From: Penicillus capitatus
Taxonomy: Eukaryota > Plantae > Chlorophyta
Assembly (NCBI GenBank): GCA_965649825.1
Contig: OZ287704.1
Coordinates: 298,101 to 362,100, forward strand
DNA length: 64,000 nucleotides
Direction of reading: 5' to 3'
Position numbers and translations under genes: made by a program. Below the pieces are notes generated by a model. That model was not told where the DNA came from, did not search any database, and saw nothing but the letters and a program-made list of their open reading frames with translations. Positions 36,900 to 48,728 of the stretch are shown one piece after another; the stretch's first letter is position 1; each line of letters begins with the position of its first letter.

Positions 36900-37500
36900 G
36901 TACTTAGAGTTCTACTAATCGGGAGGTCAATGGATTAATCGACAGTACGAACAGTGGTGGAGCTAGCAAATCCTTAAGGCTACTAGCATATCCAACAGAC
37001 AGGTGGCACTTGTATCTTTGTACGAGAGAGGACGCTATGTTACGTGTCGAGAAATCACTGACATTGATTTTTCTTTGGTAGCCGACTCTGAGGCCAAGGC
37101 AGCGGCAAGTAAGTGAGTCGTGGAGGAGAGTTCCATTGAGGCGAAGGGAGCAAGGGGGAGAATTCCGGAGTCGACTGAGCTTCGCCAACTTGCCTTTTTG
37201 TTCATTGATTGCCATGTATTTTCGGCAGCCCAGTTTTCCAGCTGACGTACGACGTCTTGGATCCAACCGAGGTCTTCGAATGTTTCTGCAGAGGGACACT
37301 TAGGAGGAAGTCATCTGCAAACATCCTGAGTTTTGCCGGGGAGTAATATGATCTGCTGCATCGTTAAGGAAGCAGATGAAGAGTGTCAGAGAAAGTGGCG
37401 ATTCCCGCGGCAATCCGAGCATCGGTTTGTGTTCTTGGCCAGTTCCATTCAACTCGAGAGGCATAAGTGGTCTGAAGGGAAGCCATTTATCAGTTGTACG
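36900..37500 (-). mobile_element. Degenerate non-LTR (LINE) retrotransposon reverse-transcriptase fragment
   Basis: Minus-strand frames separated by frameshifts read GLPRESPLSLTLFICFLND (cf. GxPQGSxLSPxLFxxxxND), LRMFADD, QLENWAAEN and MAINEQK...LRLNGTLL...CRCLGL. Confidence 0.8.
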
Positions 37501-37717
37501 CTGGACTGACAGCTCGGTTAATGTTATGCTCGACTATAAAAGCGTCATTGGTAGCTAGGGGTTCGTAGCGTTGAGCGTACATCGTTTTTAACAAGGCAGA
37601 CGGTCTAGACGTCCCGACGGTTTTGTTCATTGGCGTTGTGGCCGCCACCTGGAGAAAGAACCGTTCTTCCCCCGTTCATTCCGAGAGATAAACAACACAG
37701 ATATCTCAAGCGACAGG

Positions 37718-39471
37718 ATGGACAATCAATGGAAACCTACTGACAGTCCTAGACACTCTACAGAGGAAGGACTCGACTCATCTGCATCTTTGGATGTTCA
37801 GACGGCAGCGATGGATTCCGTACAAACAGCTAAAACGCATCCATCTCCTCGACAGTGGAAAAGTGCTTGGCGACCGTCTGCCGAGCCTATGCGTGTCTTC
37901 CTCTTGCTGACTATCTTCCACATGTTTGTCTATCTCGACAGAGGTCCTTTCGTGCTTCCGGTGACTGTCATCGATTCTTTTGCCGTGCAGGGTCGATTGC
38001 AACAAACGCAGTCAATGGTCATCAGGCCAGAGAAGATGAGGAAACCAGTGGCTTTCGAGTAAACCGTCAGTCAGACGGATAGTCTGGCTTACAGTATTTC
38101 TGTTAAAGGCCGAATTGGAGATGTCCAATCTCCAGAATGGATTCCTCTCTTCTCTTTGCATGATTGGCCGTCTTGTCGGATGCCTGATCACCCCGCGCCT
38201 GTCGCGAAGCATCCCGCCTCTGGTGGTGATCGGGTGTGGAATGGTCATTTGGATTGTGGCGATCGCTTCTTGTGGACTGAGCTTCAATTTCTACACTCTC
38301 GCCGCATGTCGATTGCTTGCCGGAATTGGCCAAGCCCCTCTGTCTACCATAGGAACCATTATCATCGGTAGATGACTTCATCTTCCGTCAAAGAACATTC
38401 GTGTGAACAGTGTGGATGTTGGTAGATGATGTTGCCCCGGAGGAGAAAGTGAGCACGTGGTTTTCCATTTTCGAAGGCGCAGGGCCAGTAGGGGCTGCTG
38501 TTGGGTTTTTCTACGGCTCTTTCGTCGGAACACGTCTATCGTGGAAATATGCCTTTTATTTTTTAGCCATCACTGCCATACCTCCTGTCATCTACTGCTT
38601 CCTCATGAAGCGTTTCGATCTCAAACAGACTGCAGATCAACAAGAAGGCAAGGACTGTCCCGAGCGCTTCTCCGTCCTATGATTGTGTGTCAGGAAAGCC
38701 GGATTCCGAAAAGACTCTGTGGATCGACATGAAACAACTTATGTCCAATATCGTCTTGGATTTCTCGATCGTGGGAATGTCCTTACACAAAGGATATATT
38801 GTGTGCATGGAGTACTGGGCTGCACGAGGCTTCGAAGCTGTGTTTCGTACGGACAACGTTGACATGACTCTAGCGATCGTACTGATCACGGCCAGTGTTA
38901 TCGGATCGCTAGCTGGGGGTCGACTCTTAGATACCACACTCGGTAATCCATCACCTTCTCCATCATGCCTATCAGTTTCTTAACACAGGTGCCACCATTC
39001 CGGCATCACTCTGCTTGTGCGGAGGATCGTTGTTTGTGGTCTCCGGTCTTTCTATCCCTGCAGCTCTTGCCTTGCGTAGCTATTTCGCATTCATTGCAGT
39101 TTTCAGCGTCTCTTTTCTATTCGTTTTTATCCCTCTAGTATGTCTACACGACAGTCAGCGTCATTCTTTATGGGACTGTGTCTTAGGGTCCAGCGAGTGC
39201 TGCCACTCTTTGGGCTGCGCCAGAGGAATTGCGCCCTATCAGCAGGAGCATGTCTGTTGTGCTGCAACAGATTCTTGGAGGTATTCCGGCACCAATGCTA
39301 TACGGTGCCGTCGTGGATTGGACAGAGAGAACCGAGAGTGAAACAAACGCCCATCGCGTCGCGATTGTGATATCGACGCTTTTTGTATGTGGCGCAACCG
39401 TGCTCTTCTTTATCGCCGCCATCATCAGTTCTAGATTCGAGAACGACAAAGAAACCCACCCACCGGTCTAA
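37718..39471 (+). CDS. MFS transporter, Spinster-like (paralog 1)
   Basis: FHMFVYLDRG, GLSFNFYTLAACRLLAGIGQAP, DDVAPEEKVSTWFSIF and QQILGGIPAPMLYGAVVD. Confidence 0.85.
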
Positions 39472-40635
39472 GAATAACTTGCACAGCACTGAGAGAGAGA
39501 CATACGCTTTTGTCACAATTTTTTCTCAGTATTCAAGCAGGTTGCCAGCGCAATGTGTTGTAGCTCTTTCAAGATGCTCACTTAGTAGAGTGCTGTATGG
39601 GCAGAGACGCATTAAAGATCAGAGAACTTGAACCGGCACTGGAAGCAGTGAACCAATGATGCATTGTCTATTGGCAATCTAATCTTCGATATCAGCGCAC
39701 TTGTCGAACGAACGAATTCTACACTGAATGTTACGTGTAACGCACAAACGAAATGCGTTAGTGCACAGATGCGATGGTTCAGATGAACCTTCCTCGCGAA
39801 CAAGAAGCCGCACTAGCATCGATTGTGTGCGTCCTCATCTGCCACTGCCAAACCCCTCGATTGACAATTATTATCATCGACTTCGACCAATGGATATCTC
39901 TGCGACAGACTTCTCAATCATCGATCGTTTAACCCTGAACGAACTCATTCCGTCAGTACAATGACGCTTCCTACGAGGCACGAACGTCGATTGCGCCATA
40001 CTGTATGTGATCACCATTCTTTCTATCGCATGTTTAATGCGTAACCATTTTCGATGCGCGATGAGGCAGCGCCTTTTAAGATGGCGGCTCAATCCGTCCG
40101 TGCATGTCTTTCCTTAAAGTCCTACATTAACTCTGTCATCGCATGCGGTGAGATCGATGATCGACGTCTAAATCGAACCAGGCATCGCTCTTTGACGATA
40201 ACACGTCGATCGATTCGACGTAAGGCCTTCGCGGATCTCATCGTAAAGTACTTTGATAGATCATCATTTGAGAGATTTGTATCCTTCTATACTGAAAGAC
40301 TGCCTCGGCTACACTTTCTTCTGCGAGTTTTTAATGAGACGCAAGTATCCTCGATGCGATGATCGACAGCGTCGCTCCGTTTGCGATCTGATCTGTCTGG
40401 TTTCTTCTTTTCTGTTGCAAGGCGGTGCTGTCTCGATCACGCGTCGATCGAAAGTGACGAAAGGCCGATCATAAGGCCAACCGTGCGTAGCACAATCAGA
40501 CAGTAAAGCGAACGGGTGCAGAAGCTAACGATTCTACGCCGATCGACGCGACGTCCGTCGATTTCCCAACTCGCCGCGCCCCTCCATCAGCAAAGGTCGA
40601 AATGCCATTCATTTCTAAGATGAGACCGGAACCGT

Positions 40636-41406
40636 ATGGAGTTGGCGACATTGTCTATCGAGCCATGCTATGTCTACGCAAACATTCCTCCGGCGGATGC
40701 TTGCGGCCATCGCGCAAATGCATGGAATGTAGAGCATTGGACGCAGGTCGAGACGAAACCTGCAAGAGACCCTGTGAAGCTTGTGCTGCATAGGAGGTCC
40801 GACTTCGAGTCATCACCAAAGGCGACGAGCTTTGTGTGAAGCTCTTCGACAAGGCCAGTGGTAAGAGAGACGCCGAAGCGCCCTTTCCCTTTAGCACTTA
40901 CCCTTTTGCAGGAGACCTCTTCGCGGAGTGCCCCGTTCCTAACGACGTCCCTGTCCAAACTGTAACCCCTAGCTATGTGTCCTGTCACATCGGCTTAGTC
41001 TATGCTCAGGTCGTCGAGCCCGTTTTGGACAGCTCACGTTATTACGTGATCAAAATCGTGGATCCCCACAGCGAAAAACACGCCTTCATCGGCATTGGAT
41101 TCAGGTAATGCCCAACCCTTGTATGGCTCCGAATGCCAAGAGGTAGTGGGTAGGGAACGTGAACGGTCTTCAGATTTCTTGACGACCATCAACGATCACC
41201 GTCAGTATCTGCAACGCAAGAAGCGGGCCGAAGAGATGCGGCTTTCGGCAGCTAATCGTGACCAGAGTATGACGGACTACCGTCTGAAACCAGGAGAGAA
41301 AATCGTTATTCGATTGCCCGGACAAAAAGGGTCATCCCATGGACCAGCTCGACTACCCGCAGAGGAGGATGAGGAGGAATGGGGCGAGTTCGTCGGGACG
41401 ATGTAG
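40636..41406 (+). CDS. NECAP: Adaptin ear-binding coat-associated protein (NECAP)
   Basis: CYVYANIPP...GHRANAW, LFAECPV, VEPVLDSSRYYVIKI...HAFIGIGFRER, DYRLKPGEKI and C-terminal WGEF motif. Confidence 0.9.
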
Positions 41407-41445
41407 ATCGCAATGTGACATGACCGTCTTGTCGTTCGAACAGAC

Positions 41446-43363
41446 ATGCCGGACTCGGCTATTGTACTCGAAGTTCCTGCGAAACTGCTCAAACAACAAA
41501 CGCGTGGCGTTCTCTCGATCTGTACTTCGAAACTCAGATGGGCACCCGAAGATACTGTAGAGGCTGTGCCCTTCGAAATCCAGACGGACACGATCACAGG
41601 CATGCCGCAAAAGCTGCCCGTTTGTTCGTTCGTCAACGCCTCTCCGTCTTCAAGGTTGGCAAAAGGCAAAGGGAAAGCCCTTCCTGCGCATCGTCTCCTC
41701 GGCAAGGGCTATCGTCTTCGAGTTCGAGGAAGATGCCGTACGGGACAGTGTGGAGAAAACACTGCAGCCCTTCATCGCTCCTAATACTGAATCGACCGGA
41801 GCAAAGGCTACGCAACACCCGACTGCGATCGCTAAGGAACAGTTCCTGCGACAGCACCAGTCGATCTCTCCTATCTCCCTGTCCCTCTGACGACGATCAA
41901 TGTGACAGGGATCTGAACGAGGTGTACAAAACGCTTGTGCAGCCAGGATTGCTGTCGGATTCGGAATTCTGGATGTCCAGAATGCAGCTGCTGGAAGATA
42001 TGGGAGTCATGACCTTGGAGAAAGAACAGTCAGTGGGTCTGGCTTCGACATTGATGTCAGACATCTCGGAGAGACAGAGTGGTGGTGATACCATCAATTT
42101 GACACCGGAGTTCATTCAACAGATCTTTGCTGAGCGACCACAAGTGAAGATAGCCTACCATCGACATGTACCAGCGGATATGGACGAAAAAGAATTCTGG
42201 CTTAAGTACTACAAACACCAAGATGCTGTGGAAGTGCATTTCTCACTCACGATTGCAGAAAAGAGTGACCAATGATGTGACCTGCTTAGAAAAAGAGGAG
42301 AATGATGATTGAAGGGAATGTACGCGGTGCACATGAGATTGATGATGAATTTGCAGATCTGTTTGAAGCGACGGCGACAACGACCGAAAGTGCCACATCT
42401 TCCATTACTGGCGATGCCGATCCCACAGTCAATCTGATCTGCAATGACAGAGAAGCTACGGATGGGTATGGACTGCTCCATAACAAAGCAATGGCCGACA
42501 AGGTATTCCAGCATCGTTTGATGATATGCTGGTCGTTGATGAATGGCACAGGCAGGATCGTCTACTCGACATGCCCCTGCATCGTCCGATATTACTGCGG
42601 AGATCAACGACCATGCAGCTGTCGTCCTGCGCAGCCTTGGATCTCATACCACGGCTGACAAACCACACGCTGTTCTGGCAGAAGGCCAGTCAGAACATCT
42701 CAAGGATAGGAAGAAAGTGAGACATGCGACGTTGAACATCCAGAGAGATGTCAGGGAAGAACATATCCTTCCTCGGACGAAGAGACAGAAAAGTGCGATG
42801 CCCGTCGATGAAGTTCCACCACCAACGTCCATTCTGACAACGCAATCGATTCAATCGCTCTCTTCCTCCTCGATCAAAGTACCACATACCTCATATCCGC
42901 ATGAGGTAACTGTGCGGTTAAGGTTTTGATGGAACTGCACTACGGCGGCGATATGCGCGAGGATGATGGATCAGGAGCTGTGCGTGGTATGAGTCCTGCA
43001 GATGGATTGCCCGTCGAATTGCTGGACACCCTTAGAAAACATGCACTCGTCATCAACGAACTGCTTCGTCATTTCTGGACATCGTATCCAGTAAACTCCT
43101 CTTCCAAAGAGATCCGAATCACAAAGCTGAAAGAGACAGTTATCTCGCGATTCGACAAGTAATGTCGCCATGCACTCCTTGACGCATTTTCGTCACACTG
43201 AGTGCTGTCCAGTATGAAGCGTCTGCGTTCCAAGGCGACATCCCCACAAGAAAGTGCTCTGATTCAGCAACTTCTAAAACCTATCCAGGCGCAGATCAAT
43301 GCCGTGATCGATAAGTACACCACAGAGCTCGAAAGCCGACAGCGACATATGTATCATGCTTAG
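41446..43363 (+). CDS. TFB1: TFIIH p62 subunit (PH domain plus two BSD domains)
   Basis: N-terminal PH-like domain; BSD motifs VYKTLVQPGLLSDSEFW and INLTPEFIQQIFAERPQVKIAYHRHVP...EKEFWLKY; C-terminal NELLRHFWTSYP. Confidence 0.85.
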
Positions 43364-43632
43364 TAAACCTAGAACCCTTTGCTGCGTTTGTTAAAACGTT
43401 CAGTGCATCAGACACTGTCTGCAATACTACTGTTCTTCACATCAAGGTCACTTTGTCATGCTGATTGCATGGTTCTGTTTTTAATAAGCACGTCTCGGCC
43501 AAAACCACTTCCCATTCTTCTATATGCATGGATCCGTGGGGATCCACATTTCTTCCTTTTGCCGTAGGACTCTTCTCTACTGTATCGGCGTTTTTGCTTA
43601 CAACGACGACGTCCAGTTCAGCCAGAAACGCT

Positions 43633-44583
43633 TCAGCTGTCTGAAACAGCCGAGATGATCATTCCATCCATCGCAGCTCCATTCAGATGCTCTGCTGCAC
43701 GTTCGGCGTCCTGACCTACGATGTAATTCACAAATGCCATTCCTGTGCACATCTGTGCCATATCCAGTCCAATGTTGATACTCGAAATCGCTCCATATTG
43801 CGCAAACTCTCTATAAAGCCTCAATTCCGTCGCTGTCGGTGGCAGGTTACACACAAAGACTGCCTTGGGCGAAGTGATCTCTTCTTCTGGACTGCTCTCC
43901 AGTTTCGGCTCCACACCATTATTCATCGTGGTGTCGCAGTCAAACGACAGACAAGAAGCAGCTGTTCGGCATAGGGCCTGATGTCGATAGGCGATCGATG
44001 CCGATACAATATTCTTGCGAAACGGCATACGTCGGCAGCGAAACTTCTGTTCCTTAACGGTTGAGTACTTAACGGTCATTGGACCAAACCCTTCAACAGT
44101 CGCACCATTCAACTGCGCAATGGTTTCACGTGCCTCGTCGATCGAACTGTAGCGCACGAGGCCCACACCGCCACGCGCGGGGATGGCACTGTTCAGTACG
44201 CGAACGGACACGACGATGCCAAACTGCGAAAAGTACTCCGTCAACTGCTCCGATCCCCAATAGCTAGGAAATCCTCGAACAAAGAGATTGTCGTTTTCAA
44301 CCAGCGCCTTGTCGAGGAGGTTCTTCTTTGGGTCGACGTCGAATTCGGCTTCACGCACTTCGAGGCACTGACCCCCAATAACGCGCTTGTCCATAGTCCG
44401 AATCGCGCTCGAGGCTTCGCTTTGAGATGCGAACTTGACAAATCCGAGTCGTTTATCGCCAATGTGGCGCGGTTCGAGGATCTTCACGGAGACAATGGCG
44501 CCATAGCGTTCGAAGAGATAGCGCAGATCTTCCGTGTCGAATCCGACGGGGACGCCACGAATATAAACGTTGCTGTGCGGCAT
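43633..44583 (-). CDS. Intronless three-RRM RNA-binding protein (ELAV/Hu-like layout)
   Basis: RRM1 NVYIRGVP...GFVKF, RRM2 NLFVRGFP...GLVRY, linker, RRM3 VFVCNLP...AFVNY; single 316-aa ORF. Confidence 0.85.
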   Translation of the reverse strand: MPHSNVYIRGVPVGFDTEDLRYLFERYGAIVSVKILEPRHIGDKRLGFVKFASQSEASSAIRTMDKRVIGGQCLEVREAEFDVDPKKNLLDKALVENDNLFVRGFPSYWGSEQLTEYFSQFGIVVSVRVLNSAIPARGGVGLVRYSSIDEARETIAQLNGATVEGFGPMTVKYSTVKEQKFRCRRMPFRKNIVSASIAYRHQALCRTAASCLSFDCDTTMNNGVEPKLESSPEEEITSPKAVFVCNLPPTATELRLYREFAQYGAISSINIGLDMAQMCTGMAFVNYIVGQDAERAAEHLNGAAMDGMIISAVSDS

Positions 44584-44694
44584 TTCAAAATAGAAAGAGG
44601 ACGAGAGATGCGGTTTCGCGTTTAAAAGCGTTGGAGCTGTCTTGTCCGATGTGACCTGATGTGAGCTAAGGGCGATGAGAATGGAGAAGATGGA

Positions 44695-47089
44695 ATGTTA
44701 CGTGTCGCGTCTGCTCTGCGACGTGCGCCGTCCTCATACTTAGTACATCGTCTATCCACTACGAGGAATTGTGTAAGGATGTATGCTGCACACAACAACG
44801 ACCTCGTGGCGCCACAGACGCCAAACGCCAAGACAGAAGTGAAAAACGCCGCCGGATTGCTGGACGCCAAACAAACATACTACGAGAAACGTGTCTCGCT
44901 TTTTGAGCAGTACTACGAACGCGAGCTACAAAAGGTCGAAGCTGCGAAAGAGGCAGCGATTGCTCTGAAAGTCGTTTTGCCGGACGGGACGGAGAAAGAG
45001 GGGGTATCTGGGGTAACAACGCCTTTGGATATCGCTGGGGAGATTTCCAAGAGCTTGGCCAAGAAATCGATGGTGGCCAAAGTGAACGGGGAGGAATGGG
45101 ATGTCACCCGGCCTCTAACAGGGGACTGCTCTCTGGAGCTTTTTGGTTTTGAAACGCCTGAAGGGAAAGAGGCAAGCCGATGGCGTTGTACTTCCACTTA
45201 CTGGTGTGAGACGTTGTATGACATCTAGGCATTTTGGCATTCGAGTTCTCATGTACTGGGCCTTGCATTGGAGCTGCAATTTGGAGTGGACTTGACAGTG
45301 GGGCCGCCGATTGAAGAAGGGTTTTACTACGATTGCTTCATGGGAGACAAAACACTGCATCCAGATGAATTGCTGCTGCTGGAAAATCGAATGATGGATG
45401 CGATAAAGGCAAAGCATCCACTGCAAAGAATTGTTGTCTCTCGACAGGAAGCACTTGCCATGTTTCAGGAAAACAAATTCAAAGTACGGTCCATGCTCTC
45501 GTTTTTCAAACATGGATAGAGGAGTTTTGTGTGACGGTGTGCAGATTGAGATATTGAATGGACTGGATCCTGATGCGACCATCAGTGTCTACCGCTGCGG
45601 ACCGATGGTGGATCTATGCACCGGTCCGCACATCCCGAACACAGACCTCATCAAAGTAGTGTTGCTCCATATCCGCGACAGCCATTGGGCAATGCCATGT
45701 GCTCTCTAGGCTGTTCACGTGATTTCCGCATCCCGGGCCTTCTGGCGCGCCGATGTTAACAGAGAGCCTCTCCAACGCGTCTATGGTGTGACGTTTCCAG
45801 ATATCAAACAACTAAAAGAGTTTAAACGTCGCATGGAAGAGGCCAAGAAACGGGATCATCGTTTGCTCGGCACCAATCAGGAGCTGTTCTTCTTCCATCA
45901 ATGGTCTCCAGGAAGCTGTTTCTTCCAACCAGCCGGCACAAGAATCTACAATGCATTGCTCGAACTCATCCGAGAGAAGTACTGGGATTACGAATACGAT
46001 GAAGTCTTGACTCCCAGTATCTTCAATTTCGAGTTGTGGAAGACATCTGGTCATGCCTCGCACTACAGAGAGAACATGTTTGCGTTCGACGTAGAGAAGC
46101 AGGAGTACGGATTGAAGCCTATGAACTGTCCAGGGCACTGTTTGGTGTTCCGTCAGGCGCGGCGTTCTTATCGAGAGCTTCCGCTTCGGGTAGCAGAATT
46201 CGGTGTCCTGCATCGAAATGAATACAGTGGAGCACTGCAAGGACTGACACGTGTTCGGAAATTTGTCCAGGATGATGCACACATCTTCTGTCGTCCGGAT
46301 CAGGTGCAGCAAGAAGTGGAAGACTTTCTCACGTTCATGGACGAAGTGTACACCATTTTTGGACTCGAGTACACATTGGGTCTCTCCACACGTCCTGAGG
46401 GATATATGGGAACGTCTGAGCTATGGGACCAGGCCGAGCAATCCTTGAAGGATGCCCTGGAGAAATCTGGACGTCCGTGGGAGCTCAACCCAGGAGACGG
46501 CGCTTTCTACGGCCCCAAGATCGACATCACTGTCTTCGATGCTCTCCGTCGAAAGTATCAGTGCGCCACCTGTCAACTCGATTTTCAGCTACCCATTCAG
46601 TTCAAACTGGAGTATCAGACAGAATCCAGCATGGAACGTCCAGTCATCGTGCATCGTGCCATTTTGGGATCACTGGAGCGCATGTACGCCATTCTGATCG
46701 AACACTTTGGCGGTAAATGGCCTCTGTGGCTCAGTCCACGCCAAGTCATGATCGTTCCCGTTTCCGAAGCGACAGCCGACTATGCAGCAGAGGTGAGGAA
46801 GAAGATCCGTAAGGCGAGGATTTTGGCCGAAATCGACGATAGCAGTGCCACGATGCAGAAGAAAGTCCGTTCAGCTCAGCTGGCACAATTCAATTATATT
46901 CTGGTCGTCGGTGAGCAAGAGAAGGAGGCAAAGACGGTCAATGTCCGCACAAGAGACAACGTTGTGCACGGAATGCACTCTGTCGATGCTTTTGTCGAGA
47001 TTGTGTGCAAGGAGAAGCTCGAACGCCATTTGGCTTCGGCCTTTGTTTCAAAGGAGCAGCCCGAGACGTCGACCACGCCATCGAACTAG
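44695..47089 (+). CDS. TARS: Threonyl-tRNA synthetase, eukaryotic cytosolic type, with N-terminal presequence
   Basis: TGS domain, [50 protein letters not shown] and anticodon-binding domain. Confidence 0.96.
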
Positions 47090-47267
47090 CAACGCTCTGC
47101 TGCTTGACATGTTATCTACGTTGTCTGATGCGACATCCCGTCTTCGCGTCCTTTCGCCGTATCTTCATGCGTCCTTTCGACCGTGGAACGGCCCTGTCAG
47201 CGACAGGTGCCCTGAAGGGAATGGATCCTGACCGCTACCGCGGCAGCTTTCCTGTTTTGCGATTTCC

Positions 47268-48552
47268 ATGGAGTGGGCTTCTCGAGCATCTGACGCTCTC
47301 TTTTGGCACGCCGCGTTCGGTCAGAGCGCGCCAATAAACAATCATTCGATTTCGCAAAAAACAACGTCGAACGAAGTACATCGCGGGGGACACGTTGCAT
47401 GGTATGGATGACCGACGGCGTGGTTGCAGGACGTCGTCTTCGTTAAGCGGGAGAAGAGCGCAGAAGATAATGACGCCTCGTGGACGCTTTACTGTATCTG
47501 CGACGGACACGCAGGAATCGAAGCTGCGCTACTCATCAAGAAACGCCTCTGGACCTCACTGAAGAATCGGCTTCCGAAGACGCAGCCCGACCGGACGAGC
47601 GGTTTTGCGTCGTGGGCGGCGGAGATTCGTCAAGCGATAAGGCACACTTTCGCTGAACTGGACGAAGAATTCTCTGCGCAGTGCGATGACTGCGATTCAG
47701 GTCCACCCCTACTTGCGTCACATGGCTGATGCATCTGGTTATTAGGTAGTACACTGACGATCGCCCTGTCGTGCGGCTGGTTCTTGACGGTTGCAAACGT
47801 GGGAGATAGCGAGGCGGTGATTGACACCGGCGTCTCCGTCGAGGTTATGACTGATTCGCATCGGCTGGAGGAATGCGAAAAAGAGATAAATCGGTTGAAA
47901 CAAGCAGGCGTCACCGTCGCCCGGCTGGGACGCGATTTGAGGAGTCCAGCCCAACAGGGCGACATCGGTTTGGGACCTCAGCGCTCGTGGCCAGGGGGTT
48001 TGGCCAATTCCCGTTCAATTGGAGATTTAGAAGGAGGACGTCACATCGTGGCGTCACCTCACATCAAACAGGTAACTCGATACTCGTGTGAGAATAGAGA
48101 GTGAGACTGTCCCATAGTGTATCTTGCCGAAAAAAGGCTGTCGTTTGATAATGGGATCAGATGGGTTGTGGGATATGGTGGACCGCCAAACCGCGGGTAT
48201 CGTGACAAGAGCGAACAGTAATAAGACTTCTGCAGAGCGGTTAGTCACTCTTGCAGTGTTTCGTAACGACTGGGTGGTCCATGACGACATAACCGTCCTC
48301 GTCGTGGATTTTCAGCCTGAAGGCGGTCAGGATTTCCACCAGATCTGTAAAGGACTCCGACGGAAGAAAAGAGGCTCACGCTTCGCATGCTTCTGCGCGG
48401 CAGAAGTGAACGAGCCTGAGACAGATGATCATCTGCTTACACACGTTGCCTCAGTCGATTGTGTACAGGATCCTGCTGGAATGATTTTCGCTTCGATCGA
48501 GAACGCTGGAGATGCTACGATGACGGAACGCAGCAGTTCTGTCGACTTGTAG
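47268..48552 (+). CDS. Protein phosphatase 2C
   Basis: ATG 47268; NE|DVVFVK, CICDGHAG, VANVGDSEAV, GGLANSRSIGD, LIMGSDGLWD and HDDITVLVVD. Confidence 0.9.
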
Positions 48553-48728
48553 CAGTTTTCTTAGCACGATCCGAATGGCCGTTTTCTTTCTTTCTCCTTT
48601 ATTGGTGCCTCTCAGCCTTCCTCTTAATCTTTTTCTATTTAGTATCTTCTCCCCCCTTAAACACATGTAGTCAGTGTTAGCTTAGTTGTACGACATAATG
48701 ATCTCCACGCGCAAGACGGCTTCGTCAA

